64,000 bases of DNA from Candidatus Melainabacteria bacterium 17Bon1m (GCA_032128875.1 JAVLKG010000002.1:960001-1024000), one strand, 5' to 3'. Shown: positions 46,255 to 54,837, counted from the first letter of the stretch. Made by a program: numbers and translations. Notes: a model not told the origin generated them from the sequence alone.

Positions 46255-46328
46255 GCCCTCTTAGTTCAGCTGGATAGAACACCTCCGTCCTAAGGAGGGT
46301 GTCGGGGGTTCGAATCCCTCAGAGGGTG
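46255..46328 (+). tRNA. tRNA-Arg (anticodon CCT); CCA not encoded
   Basis: Acceptor GCCCTCT/AGAGGGT, D arm GTTC/GAAC with A20, anticodon stem CCTCC/GGAGG with loop GT-CCT-AA, T arm GGGGG-TTCGAAT-CCCTC. Confidence 0.95.
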
Positions 46329-46338
46329 CTTACTACGC

Positions 46339-46380
46339 AAAAGGGAAAGGCGATCCCCATGCCTTTCCCTTTTACTTTTT
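46339..46380 (+). terminator. Intrinsic, likely bidirectional terminator after the tRNA
   Basis: AAAAGGGAAAGGC-N9-GCCTTTCCCTTTT perfect inverted repeat followed by ACTTTTT. Confidence 0.88.
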
Positions 46381-46571
46381 GGAACCGATTTTTCAATCGA
46401 TTCATATAACTGTCAGTTGATTTGCTCTATAGGCAAGTCCTTTCTAGTTAGGGTGTGTTCGATTTGAAAGAAAGCGTAAGCTGTCCCTCCTATTTCTAGT
46501 CAGTTGTAATAGAACTTCGGTTTTACGTCACAGCCGTTCTTGCCTGGTGTGTAGAAGCAAGATGGCTACTA

Positions 46572-46592
46572 CTTCTTCTTCTTCTTCTTCTT
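46572..46592. repeat. (CTT)7 intergenic microsatellite
   Basis: Seven perfect CTT units just beyond the ssb stop. Confidence 0.85.
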
Positions 46593-46605
46593 CGGAATAA
46601 ACTTT

Positions 46606-47151
46606 CTATGCTGTTTTGGCGCGCTTTCTGCCCCCTTTTACTGGTGGCGTATCGGCGAAAACGCCTTTCACTCTTTCGACGATTTCTTCGTCTTCCTCTT
46701 CATCTCCAGCGTCTTCATCAACTTCGTCGAAGTCTTCATCTTCGATATCAGCTTCTTTGTATTTGACACTGCGTACAGATTCACCTTTGGCGAATGTTCT
46801 ACTCATGTCTATTTCACCTCCTGAAAAATCTGTCTGAGAACGTCTAGGAAAGGCGATTTGATCTGCATTTACCACAGGTGTAACTCTCGCTTGACCGTTT
46901 TTGTCGGTCCAACGATCAAGCGTGAGTCTTCCTGTCGCGGTCACCTGCTGCCCTTTATCCAGATATTGTCCGGCGAGTTCAGCAAGGCGGCCCCACGCTA
47001 CAACGTTGTAGTAGTCCGCAGATTCACTTTCGCTCTTTTTAGCGTGATTAACGGCTACGACAAAAGTAGTTTTTAGCTTTCCACTGGCAAGTTGTATCTG
47101 CTCGGGAGCCTTCACGAGATTCCCCACTATTGAAATATTGGCAAGACCCAT
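46606..47151 (-). CDS. ssb: Single-stranded DNA-binding protein with atypical C-terminal tail
   Basis: NISIVGNLVKAPE, VAWGRLAE, YLDKGQQV..TGRL; GGAGG RBS before ATG 47151. Confidence 0.88.
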   Translation of the reverse strand: MGLANISIVGNLVKAPEQIQLASGKLKTTFVVAVNHAKKSESESADYYNVVAWGRLAELAGQYLDKGQQVTATGRLTLDRWTDKNGQARVTPVVNADQIAFPRRSQTDFSGGEIDMSRTFAKGESVRSVKYKEADIEDEDFDEVDEDAGDEEEDEEIVERVKGVFADTPPVKGGRKRAKTA

Positions 47152-47324
47152 AACTCTACCTCCGTCAGGCTTGCTGCCTGCATAAGGGGTACGACTCAAG
47201 TGAAGTGGGGAGATGATTAAAAGTTAGCATGCCATACATGCGTATGTCAACTCTTGACTTTTTCTTGATAGAAAACGCCGTCTCCTGGGCTTTGCGGCTC
47301 GATTGATAGCTGTATGGTGGTGGT

Positions 47325-48539
47325 ATGAATCTATTGCTGTATCGGTATCGTGAGGCACGGCCATGTGTGCAAGTGCCGGAGTTAAAACTCGTGATTCAGA
47401 GCTCCGCTGACTGGTTTCAACGGTATAGATTTTGTCAACCGCTCGGACAGGGCGGCATGGGCGTGATTTATCTTGCCGAAGATAAGGCTCAGGGCAATAT
47501 TCAATGCGTCGTAAAACAGCTGATAAGTAAACCTAGCAATCCAGATGAACAATTCGAAGCAGAGCGACTATTCAAAAGAGAAGTAGAAATACTTAGGCAG
47601 CTCGATCACTCGGGTATCGTTCGTTTCTCCGATTTCCATGTTACTGATGACGGCAAATACTTCCTGGTAATGGATTATGTTCCAGGTAAAAACCTGGATA
47701 GCATCGTGCAGAATTATGGTCCATTCGGCTCCGAGGCAACCGTAGAAATTGGTATTCAGTGCTGCGAGGTTCTCGAATATCTGCATGAAAGAGATTACCC
47801 AATCATATATAGGGACCTGAAGCCGAGCAACTTGATGCTCACTCCAGAGGGGCAGATCGTATTTATAGATTTCGGCATCGCGCGCATGTTCATGCCGAAG
47901 CAAGCAGCAACACGAGTCGTTACAGCAGGCTACTCGCCGCCTGAACAATATTTCGGCCGACCAGAAACGCGAAGTGACTTGTATGCACTTGGCGCTACTC
48001 TTGGACATTTATGCACGGGTGTTCGTCCAAAACCGCTCACCGTCAGCGCTCCTGGTATTACCCATCCAGCTGTAATTCCAGAACTGGACGATCTAATTAG
48101 AAGGATGACTGCTCACAATCCGGAAGATAGACCGTTCAGTGCACGCGAAGTTCGATATGAGCTGTACAAGATCTATCACAGCATGCATCCCGATTTCGAA
48201 ATTCCAGAGGAAGCCTTGGTGCCAGTGCAAGCAGCTGTAGCGCCAAAGAAAGAGGGGCCACCAACTAATCCAAATTTGCGTTCCGGTTTGCACAGTGATT
48301 CGAGCAAGCGTCCAGCGAATTGGCTCGAGCGAGAACAGCCAAAAGAAGATGACATTCAGAAGGTAACGAGAAAAGACGCAGAAAGAGTGAATCCTGCCGA
48401 TGTGCAGCACGCACGCCGGACGAGTGAGAGATTGACTCGTCCTGATGCCAGAGACTCTAACTACAGGCGAAGAAACTCGCAATCGCAGCCAGCACCACAA
48501 ACCTTCTGGGATAAGCTCAGGCAATTTTTTAGCAAATAA
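47325..48539 (+). CDS. Hanks-type Ser/Thr protein kinase, cytoplasmic, with low-complexity C-tail (start may be a GTG near 47367-47373)
   Basis: LGQGGMGVIY, VVK, YRDLKPSN, DFG, GYSPPEQ, DLYALG. Confidence 0.93.
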   Translation: MNLLLYRYREARPCVQVPELKLVIQSSADWFQRYRFCQPLGQGGMGVIYLAEDKAQGNIQCVVKQLISKPSNPDEQFEAERLFKREVEILRQLDHSGIVRFSDFHVTDDGKYFLVMDYVPGKNLDSIVQNYGPFGSEATVEIGIQCCEVLEYLHERDYPIIYRDLKPSNLMLTPEGQIVFIDFGIARMFMPKQAATRVVTAGYSPPEQYFGRPETRSDLYALGATLGHLCTGVRPKPLTVSAPGITHPAVIPELDDLIRRMTAHNPEDRPFSAREVRYELYKIYHSMHPDFEIPEEALVPVQAAVAPKKEGPPTNPNLRSGLHSDSSKRPANWLEREQPKEDDIQKVTRKDAERVNPADVQHARRTSERLTRPDARDSNYRRRNSQSQPAPQTFWDKLRQFFSK

Positions 48540-48678
48540 ACGTATTTTCGGATATTCTTGTGCCTCACCTGGAGCAAGTAAATGCAGAAGTTTAACCGTT
48601 ATCGGTCAAACTTCCAGACGTCACCGGCTGGATCTGGCTGGCATCTTGGCATTCTAGTAAATGTGCTGGCTGAGCGTA

Positions 48679-48731
48679 TTGACAATCATGCTCTGGCGGG
48701 CGTACGATAGTAAGCGTAAGAAACACAATAA
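48679..48731 (+). promoter_or_regulatory. Sigma70-type promoter of the vWA/purA-like operon with a candidate GT-N7-AC operator at the start site
   Basis: TTGACA (48679-84), N18, TACGAT (48703-08); TAAGC-GT-AAGAAAC-AC-AATAA at 48711-31. Confidence 0.55.
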
Positions 48732-48909
48732 CTAGGTGAATCCAGAGACGTGGCCTGTACGGGATAATTTGTTGGGTTCGCAACTATCAACCTACGCTTT
48801 GCAGCTGGAAGTTTCCGCTGCGCATGGATTTGCTCAACGAAATCGAAAGAGAACGGCATCACAGGTGGTGCTGCGATCTAATGCGAGCAATTTCAAAGGA
48901 GAATGTGTC

Positions 48910-49812
48910 ATGGGTTATGCAAGATGGAATCATGATGACTGGGACGACTATGTAAGAGGCAATATTCGAAAGTCTATAGATGAGATCTTCAGCAATCGTC
49001 TTGATCCAGAGTTAGACCCTAAGAATGTCAGCTTCAGGGAGTCGCGTGATTCGGCAGAAAATCCTCTTTCGACTCCTATCATTGTTGCTGTTGACCAGAC
49101 AGGCTCGATGGGTTTTCTCGCTGAAAGTCTGATAAGAGAAGGGTTGGGAATTCTTGTCGAATCTATTTACGAGAGAAAGCCGGTTACTGATCCGCACGTC
49201 ATGTGTATGGCTCTGGGAGATGCTTGGTGCGATCGGGCTCCACTGCAGGTAACGCAGTTCGAAGCCGATATCAGAATTGCAGAGCAGCTCTCAAAGTTTT
49301 ACATCGAAGCAAACGGTGGCGGTAACAACTTCGAGAGCTATAACCTGCCATGGTACTTTGCTGCGACGCGCACCAGATGTGATGCTTGGTTGAGACGCCA
49401 AAGGAAAGGTTATCTGTTTACTGTCGGTGACGAACCACCGCCCCCCGAGCTGAAGGTCGAGCATGTCAAAACATTCCTGGGCGGTGGACTGCAGCGCGAC
49501 ACAAGCTCAAAAGAGCTGTTAAGGCTAACCTCACAGACTTGGCAGGTCATTCATATCATTACCGAAGAGGGTTCGTATTATCGCTCGCGACCTAAGCAAA
49601 CCAGCGACGCTTGGGCGAGCTTGCTCGGTAAAAGGGCGATTTCATTGAGTGATCATCGAAATCTTCCGGAGCTAATTGTTTCGATCATGCAGGTCCTGCA
49701 AGGAGAAAATCCGCAAGAGGTGGCTTACAGCTGGTCGGGAAAAACGGCTTCAGTGCTCATGAATGCGCTGAAAGGGCTGGCCGAACCATACGTTCCCTTC
49801 ATCAGCGCGTAG
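48910..49812 (+). CDS. von Willebrand factor A (MIDAS) domain protein
   Basis: AAAGGAG RBS, ATG 48910; IIVAVDQTGSMG (DxTxS), GGGNNFESY, GYLFTVGDE. Confidence 0.85.
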   Translation: MGYARWNHDDWDDYVRGNIRKSIDEIFSNRLDPELDPKNVSFRESRDSAENPLSTPIIVAVDQTGSMGFLAESLIREGLGILVESIYERKPVTDPHVMCMALGDAWCDRAPLQVTQFEADIRIAEQLSKFYIEANGGGNNFESYNLPWYFAATRTRCDAWLRRQRKGYLFTVGDEPPPPELKVEHVKTFLGGGLQRDTSSKELLRLTSQTWQVIHIITEEGSYYRSRPKQTSDAWASLLGKRAISLSDHRNLPELIVSIMQVLQGENPQEVAYSWSGKTASVLMNALKGLAEPYVPFISA

Positions 49813-49838
49813 CTGTCAGCTATAAGGAGGACACCATT

Positions 49839-51035
49839 ATGAGAACTGGAATTGCTGTGATTGGAGCCAACTATGGCGACGAAGGGAAGGGATTGGTTAC
49901 TGATTTCATCACCAATCAACTGGCAGCAGAATGCTCCGTCGTTAGATTCAACGGCGGAGCGCAGGCTGGGCACACTGTCGTGACGCCGGATGGAAGGAGG
50001 CATGTTTTCAGCCATATTGGCGCTGGTTCTTTTAGTGGTTGTCCCACCTACTTATCGCAGTTCTTCGTCGTCAATCCGCGACTATTCGTAAAGGAATTGG
50101 CCGATCTCACTTGTATAGGAGTACAACCACGGGTCTTGATTGATCCAAGGTGCTTTGTCACAACTCCAATCGATGTACTTGTAAATCAGGCACTTGAGCG
50201 GAAGCGTGGAACCAAACGTCATGGAAGTTGTGGCGTCGGAATCAATGAAACTGTGACCCGTTGTTTACGGTCGACTGAATTTGCAACCCAGGCCCAGGAG
50301 CTTTTAAATCCAAGTTTGTTTGAGCGCAAACTACTGCATGTTTTTCGAAACTGGCTTCCTCAGAGGCTTGTGGAGCTAAATATCGATCTGGAAGAATCAA
50401 TAATTCAAGAGGCGTTCAAACAATCTGAGTCGATAGCTTCAAGATTTATCTGTGAATGCGAATCTCTATTGAACGCATCGCAGATCACTTTTCGAATTCC
50501 GGATACTCGCTTTGTTGTGTTCGAAGGCGCTCAGGGCTTGATGCTTGATGAAAACAGGCTGGATCAATTTCCTCACGTCACTCGCTCGAAGACCGGTCTT
50601 GAGAACATAGGTTTCTTGTTCCAAAAGTATGGTCTTGAAGAAATGCAAGTCAATTACGTCTCTCGAACATACCTGACCAAGCATGGAGCCGGTCCTTTGC
50701 CAGGCGAGTGTTCATGGCGGTTTCCGGACGCGACGAACGTTGCTAACCCATACCAGGGAACTCTTCGCTACGCGCCGCTGAATATTGATAATCTGAACTA
50801 TTCAATTGATTTGGATTTGAAACGAGGAAAGTATCTGTTTCCAAATCTCTCGGCTGGCATTGCCTTCACCTGTACAGATCAGCTTGAAATGCCGGATATG
50901 CGAAGGCTACCTCTGGCGGTAAACATGGTTAGCCGCGGTCCGAAAAGAGGTGATATCGAAGTTCTAGACGGCGCGAATTATTTAAAGAGTGCTTTAAAAC
51001 CAATTTCACGAGCAAGAGCAGTCTTACGCGCATAG
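49839..51035 (+). CDS. Divergent adenylosuccinate synthetase-like (PurA superfamily) enzyme
   Basis: GANYGDEGKG, GGAQAGHTV, FEGAQG, FPHVTRS, TKHGAGPLP; AAGGAGG RBS; lacks the canonical TTGRxRR loop. Confidence 0.88.
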   Translation: MRTGIAVIGANYGDEGKGLVTDFITNQLAAECSVVRFNGGAQAGHTVVTPDGRRHVFSHIGAGSFSGCPTYLSQFFVVNPRLFVKELADLTCIGVQPRVLIDPRCFVTTPIDVLVNQALERKRGTKRHGSCGVGINETVTRCLRSTEFATQAQELLNPSLFERKLLHVFRNWLPQRLVELNIDLEESIIQEAFKQSESIASRFICECESLLNASQITFRIPDTRFVVFEGAQGLMLDENRLDQFPHVTRSKTGLENIGFLFQKYGLEEMQVNYVSRTYLTKHGAGPLPGECSWRFPDATNVANPYQGTLRYAPLNIDNLNYSIDLDLKRGKYLFPNLSAGIAFTCTDQLEMPDMRRLPLAVNMVSRGPKRGDIEVLDGANYLKSALKPISRARAVLRA

Positions 51036-52219
51036 GTATCTTCTGCTCGGTCCAAAATGGTCGTGATTACTTCAGTATAAAACTGTGGGGGTTTGCAGTT
51101 CATCCAGAGGTAGAAAGAAAATGAACCAGGAATAGTATTGATTTCATTGAAATAGAGCACGTTGGTTCTCTTGTCCAGCATGAAATCGATTCTGGAAACA
51201 CCCGAACAATTGAGGACTTTGAAGGCTTTGACCGCATACTCACGAGCACGCTCTTTAAGCTCTTCCGGAAGGTCCGGCGGGTCTATAACGCGCGTCAATG
51301 AAGCCATACCGGCAACAGAATTGTCGCCTTTCTTGCTGCCGCCCCTCAAATATTTGTCTTCGTAAGTAAGTTCATCTCCTGAGGACGAGACAGGAATTTC
51401 GACTACCGATGCTTTTGGTTCTCCATCGTCAAGGACTGAGACATTCATTTCCATCTTGTCGTCCAAGCACGGCTCGACAATTGCACCGACGTCGTATTTC
51501 AACGCCAGGACAATTGCCGAGTTGAATTCTTCAATGTTGCGAACCTTCGCCACGCCGATGCTAGAGCCTAGGTTCAGCGGTTTTACGAATAGGGGAAAAT
51601 TTTCCAAACCTGGATGTTGCAATACCTGATCGCGCAGGAAGTCGAGGTGATTGCCATAGTCAGCTTCAATCGACTCTCGTTTTACAACCACTCCGGGTAG
51701 AACTGGAATACCATGGCTTTCAACCAATTTTTTCGCATGGTACTTACTCATCCCCAATGCTGAAGCGAGTACATTGCAGCCGGTGTACGGGACATCAGCC
51801 AGCTCCAAAAGCCCCTGTATGCAACCATCTTCGCCGTAGGTGCCGTGGAAAGCAGGCAAGAAAATATCCACGTGAATAACGGATTCGGATGTTTTGCTAA
51901 GCATCGAATACGGTGCCTTGCCCGAAGATTTTGGACGCCGGATGGTTAGACCCTTAATATTTGGCTCTGGCAAAAGCGTCACTTCATCAACGCTTCCGAG
52001 TGATCCAGGCATGCGTCGGTAAAAACTTTTGTCGTACAAAGCATCACCGCTGTACCACTTGCCTTGTGGAGAAATATAAACAGGGATCGGTTTGTACTTC
52101 ACCGTGTCCATCGCTTTGATAAGCTGCAAGCCGGTGATAATCGAGATCTCGTGCTCAACTGAGCGCCCACCAAAGAGCACCGCCACTGCTTTTCTTTTCT
52201 TGTCACCGTTGGTGTTCAT
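50978..52219 (-). CDS. ddl: D-alanine--D-alanine ligase
   Basis: FGGRSVEHEIS, HGTYGEDG, FVKPLNLGSSIGV, YEDKY, RIDF, NEINTIPGS. Confidence 0.94.
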   Translation of the reverse strand: MNTNGDKKRKAVAVLFGGRSVEHEISIITGLQLIKAMDTVKYKPIPVYISPQGKWYSGDALYDKSFYRRMPGSLGSVDEVTLLPEPNIKGLTIRRPKSSGKAPYSMLSKTSESVIHVDIFLPAFHGTYGEDGCIQGLLELADVPYTGCNVLASALGMSKYHAKKLVESHGIPVLPGVVVKRESIEADYGNHLDFLRDQVLQHPGLENFPLFVKPLNLGSSIGVAKVRNIEEFNSAIVLALKYDVGAIVEPCLDDKMEMNVSVLDDGEPKASVVEIPVSSSGDELTYEDKYLRGGSKKGDNSVAGMASLTRVIDPPDLPEELKERAREYAVKAFKVLNCSGVSRIDFMLDKRTNVLYFNEINTIPGSFSFYLWMNCKPPQFYTEVITTILDRAEDTYARKTALAREIGFKALFK

Positions 52220-52233
52220 GCAGGCAGAGCTTC

Positions 52234-53946
52234 CTAAAATACCGGGACAGTTTCATAAAGGTCGGGCAGGTCGTTTTCAATCAAGACCGTATCGCCGTCC
52301 TGGCAATAATCGTGACCAAGGAAGCTGAATGCTTCCGACATTTTGTCGAATTCTTTGATTTTTTCCGCAGGCATCCCGCCTTGTGAAAGCCCATCCATGA
52401 GTGCTTGCCGGTTTGTTGTTCCGACAATTGCAACCATGTCACAGATGCTGGCCGCTATTTGTGCGGCTTTCTTGTTCTCTTCAAACTGTTTTTCGCCAAG
52501 CTCAACCATGCCTGGCGTCACCAGTACGCGCCGACCGTCTTTCTGCTCGGAGAGAACTTCAAGTGCAGCGGCAAATCCCACCGGATTGGAATTGTAAGCA
52601 TCGTTCAGACGCAGTACCCGTCCCTGTCGAATCGGCTTACTGCTGCTGCCGGCCGCAACGAATGATGCAGGGGTTGTTTTAACCGGCTCCAGTCGATTGC
52701 TTTCCGTTTTTACATGACGAATGGCTGCAATCACTAGCTGTGGATTCATTCCCAGCGAAACAGCCATTGTGAATGACGCCAGAATATTTCCTAGCATCGG
52801 CTTGCCCAGCAGCTTAGTGAAACCTTGATATGTCTGCCCTTCGTAATCGATGGAGAAGTAGGTCCCGTCCGCCGTCGCTTGTATGTTGTGCATGTAGGCA
52901 TCGAGGTGACCGTTGCTATTGTCCAACCCGTACAGTTTTGTGATGCGCTTGGGGTTTTCTTTTGCAACGCGGCGGCAATACTCACTGTCTCCGTTCACGA
53001 CTAAGATGCCGTCCGAAGGAACTGCCTGCGCTAGCTCAGACTTCGCCTTAAAGACGTTTTCGTGAGAGCCGAATCTTTCCAGGTGCATTCCGCCAATTGC
53101 CGTAATAATAGCGGCGTCGGGCGGCGTCAGAGTGCACATACGTTTTATCGAACCGATGTAATAGGCTCCCATTTCAACAACCGCAAACCGATGGCCGGGA
53201 CGCATGCGCTCGCGAATTTCGCGTGTCATGCCCATATAGCTGTTGATGCTGCGAGGAGTGCTGAATGTTGCTCCCACGGTTGAAAGAATATCGGCAAGGA
53301 TAACTTTCGTGCTTGTTTTTCCGTAGCTGCCTGTGATTCCAATGATTTTAGGCTTTACAGATTTGACGATGCTGCGCGCTTCATTCGCGAAATTCTCTTG
53401 CAGATCCTTCTCTTTGCCGGAAAGGATTTGATTTGCCAAAACAAGGAATAGAGGCTGTGCCTGAATAAGTACGATAGACGCAAAAAGGAAAATCGGGACA
53501 ATATTCTTGCCGCCGGCAAACCATACAATTAATGCCAGTAAGATCGTCGTCGCTATGTAAAGCCACATAGCAAGCCGGAAGATGCGTTTCGCCCGCTCCG
53601 TCATTTTGAGCGTGATTTTTCCGGTTCCGGTCGGATCTTCTTCTTGTTTTGCCAGACGAAACATCGCCATACACGCAAAAACACTAGTTAAAAACGACCC
53701 TCTATCATCAACAGAAAGATAGAATGCCGAAAGCGCACCGCAGAAAAGCGTTGTCAGTGAGCCCTTCTTATCGAACGCGCGCTTTTCAATAATCCAGTCG
53801 ATGAAGCGTTTTCCTTCATATTCTTGCTGTTGGAAATATTGAAGATAGCGCATCCCACGCTTTTCGAAAAATCCGATTGTGCCCAGTCCGGCAAGAGCGA
53901 GACCAACCATTACTGATTCGGGAGAGGCCGAGAATTCTTCAAACAT
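52234..53946 (-). CDS. murF: MurF-type Mur ligase with N-terminal transmembrane segments
   Basis: GITGSYGKTSTK, VVEMGA, NDAYNSNP, TPGMVELG; next to ddl. Confidence 0.85.
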   Translation of the reverse strand: MFEEFSASPESVMVGLALAGLGTIGFFEKRGMRYLQYFQQQEYEGKRFIDWIIEKRAFDKKGSLTTLFCGALSAFYLSVDDRGSFLTSVFACMAMFRLAKQEEDPTGTGKITLKMTERAKRIFRLAMWLYIATTILLALIVWFAGGKNIVPIFLFASIVLIQAQPLFLVLANQILSGKEKDLQENFANEARSIVKSVKPKIIGITGSYGKTSTKVILADILSTVGATFSTPRSINSYMGMTREIRERMRPGHRFAVVEMGAYYIGSIKRMCTLTPPDAAIITAIGGMHLERFGSHENVFKAKSELAQAVPSDGILVVNGDSEYCRRVAKENPKRITKLYGLDNSNGHLDAYMHNIQATADGTYFSIDYEGQTYQGFTKLLGKPMLGNILASFTMAVSLGMNPQLVIAAIRHVKTESNRLEPVKTTPASFVAAGSSSKPIRQGRVLRLNDAYNSNPVGFAAALEVLSEQKDGRRVLVTPGMVELGEKQFEENKKAAQIAASICDMVAIVGTTNRQALMDGLSQGGMPAEKIKEFDKMSEAFSFLGHDYCQDGDTVLIENDLPDLYETVPVF

Positions 53947-54733
53947 TTGCCAGGTCTCCTTGCCTAATCGCTAAGGATTCTGTGCTCTGAGAGTTGAGAA
54001 ATTCAAGGATGTAGAAAGCGCAAAGATGCGCACCTTCATCTATGAAAGGGAAGTGATCTTTATCAGGTAAAACCACAAGCTGAGAATTAGGAATAATGGA
54101 CTTCAAGCGATAGCCCATTTCGACAGGTGTTTCTTCGTCCTTTTCGCCCCACAAAAGAAACGTAGGACAGGTGATCTGCGCGGCATCCTGACTTTGATCT
54201 TCGTTGACCGTTTTTACGAGTATATTCTTCAAGGCGCCGGCGTTTCGATAATCACGCGATGCATATTTCGCAACGAACCAGGTCTCGAAATACTTGGTCC
54301 CAAAAGTCGAATCACACCACTTAAGAGTGTTAGAAAGAAGTTTCAGACCCTTGGCGCGATAAAGACGCTTGCCTTTGAGTTGAGAGCGCAGACCGCCCGT
54401 ATTGATCAGGATGAGGGTATTCACTCGTTTTTTGTGCCGAACTGCCATGCGCATTGCGACGCGACCACCGAATGAGTGACCGATGACAATAGCGCTTTCC
54501 AAGCCTAGTTTTTCAAAAAGCTCGTCTATGCAGCGCGCATAATCTACTGTATCCCAGTCGTCTTTCGGCTTCTCTGACTTGCCAAAGCCAGGAAAATCGA
54601 CCAGGTAGACTTGATGGTAGCGCGAGAGCAGATCGCCCAGAATACGCATAGAATCGAGCGTCTGTCCCCACCCGTGCAACATTACCACAGGACTGCCGTG
54701 TTGCCCGAGTTTGACGTAGTTTACTTCTGCCAC
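53939..54733 (-). CDS. Alpha/beta-fold hydrolase
   Basis: MLHGWG, DFPGFG, GHSFGG nucleophile elbow, WGEKD, DHFPF. Confidence 0.92.
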   Translation of the reverse strand: MAEVNYVKLGQHGSPVVMLHGWGQTLDSMRILGDLLSRYHQVYLVDFPGFGKSEKPKDDWDTVDYARCIDELFEKLGLESAIVIGHSFGGRVAMRMAVRHKKRVNTLILINTGGLRSQLKGKRLYRAKGLKLLSNTLKWCDSTFGTKYFETWFVAKYASRDYRNAGALKNILVKTVNEDQSQDAAQITCPTFLLWGEKDEETPVEMGYRLKSIIPNSQLVVLPDKDHFPFIDEGAHLCAFYILEFLNSQSTESLAIRQGDLANV

Positions 54734-54837
54734 TTGACTCTATCCATTAATTGACCATGGGCTGCATTTATAGTAACCCGGCTGTCTTGTTACTCCGTTT
54801 AAAAACAAGTAAAACAGCCACTTTTGCGTGTTTTACT

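Noticed and set aside
46572-46592. (CTT)7 as a phase-variation switch
   Set aside because: It is intergenic between convergent 3' ends, and a triplet unit would not shift a reading frame.
49839-51035. PurZ (2-aminoadenine DNA pathway)
   Set aside because: It retains Asp in GDEGKG rather than the PurZ Ser, and no dATPase, MazZ or phage polymerase is nearby.
46255-51035. Prophage or island integrated at tRNA-Arg
   Set aside because: No integrase was found, and I saw no duplicated tRNA 3' end in the window.
50978-52219. D-Ala-D-Lac (Van-type) ligase
   Set aside because: The omega loop YEDKY keeps Tyr, and no vanH or vanX neighbours are present.
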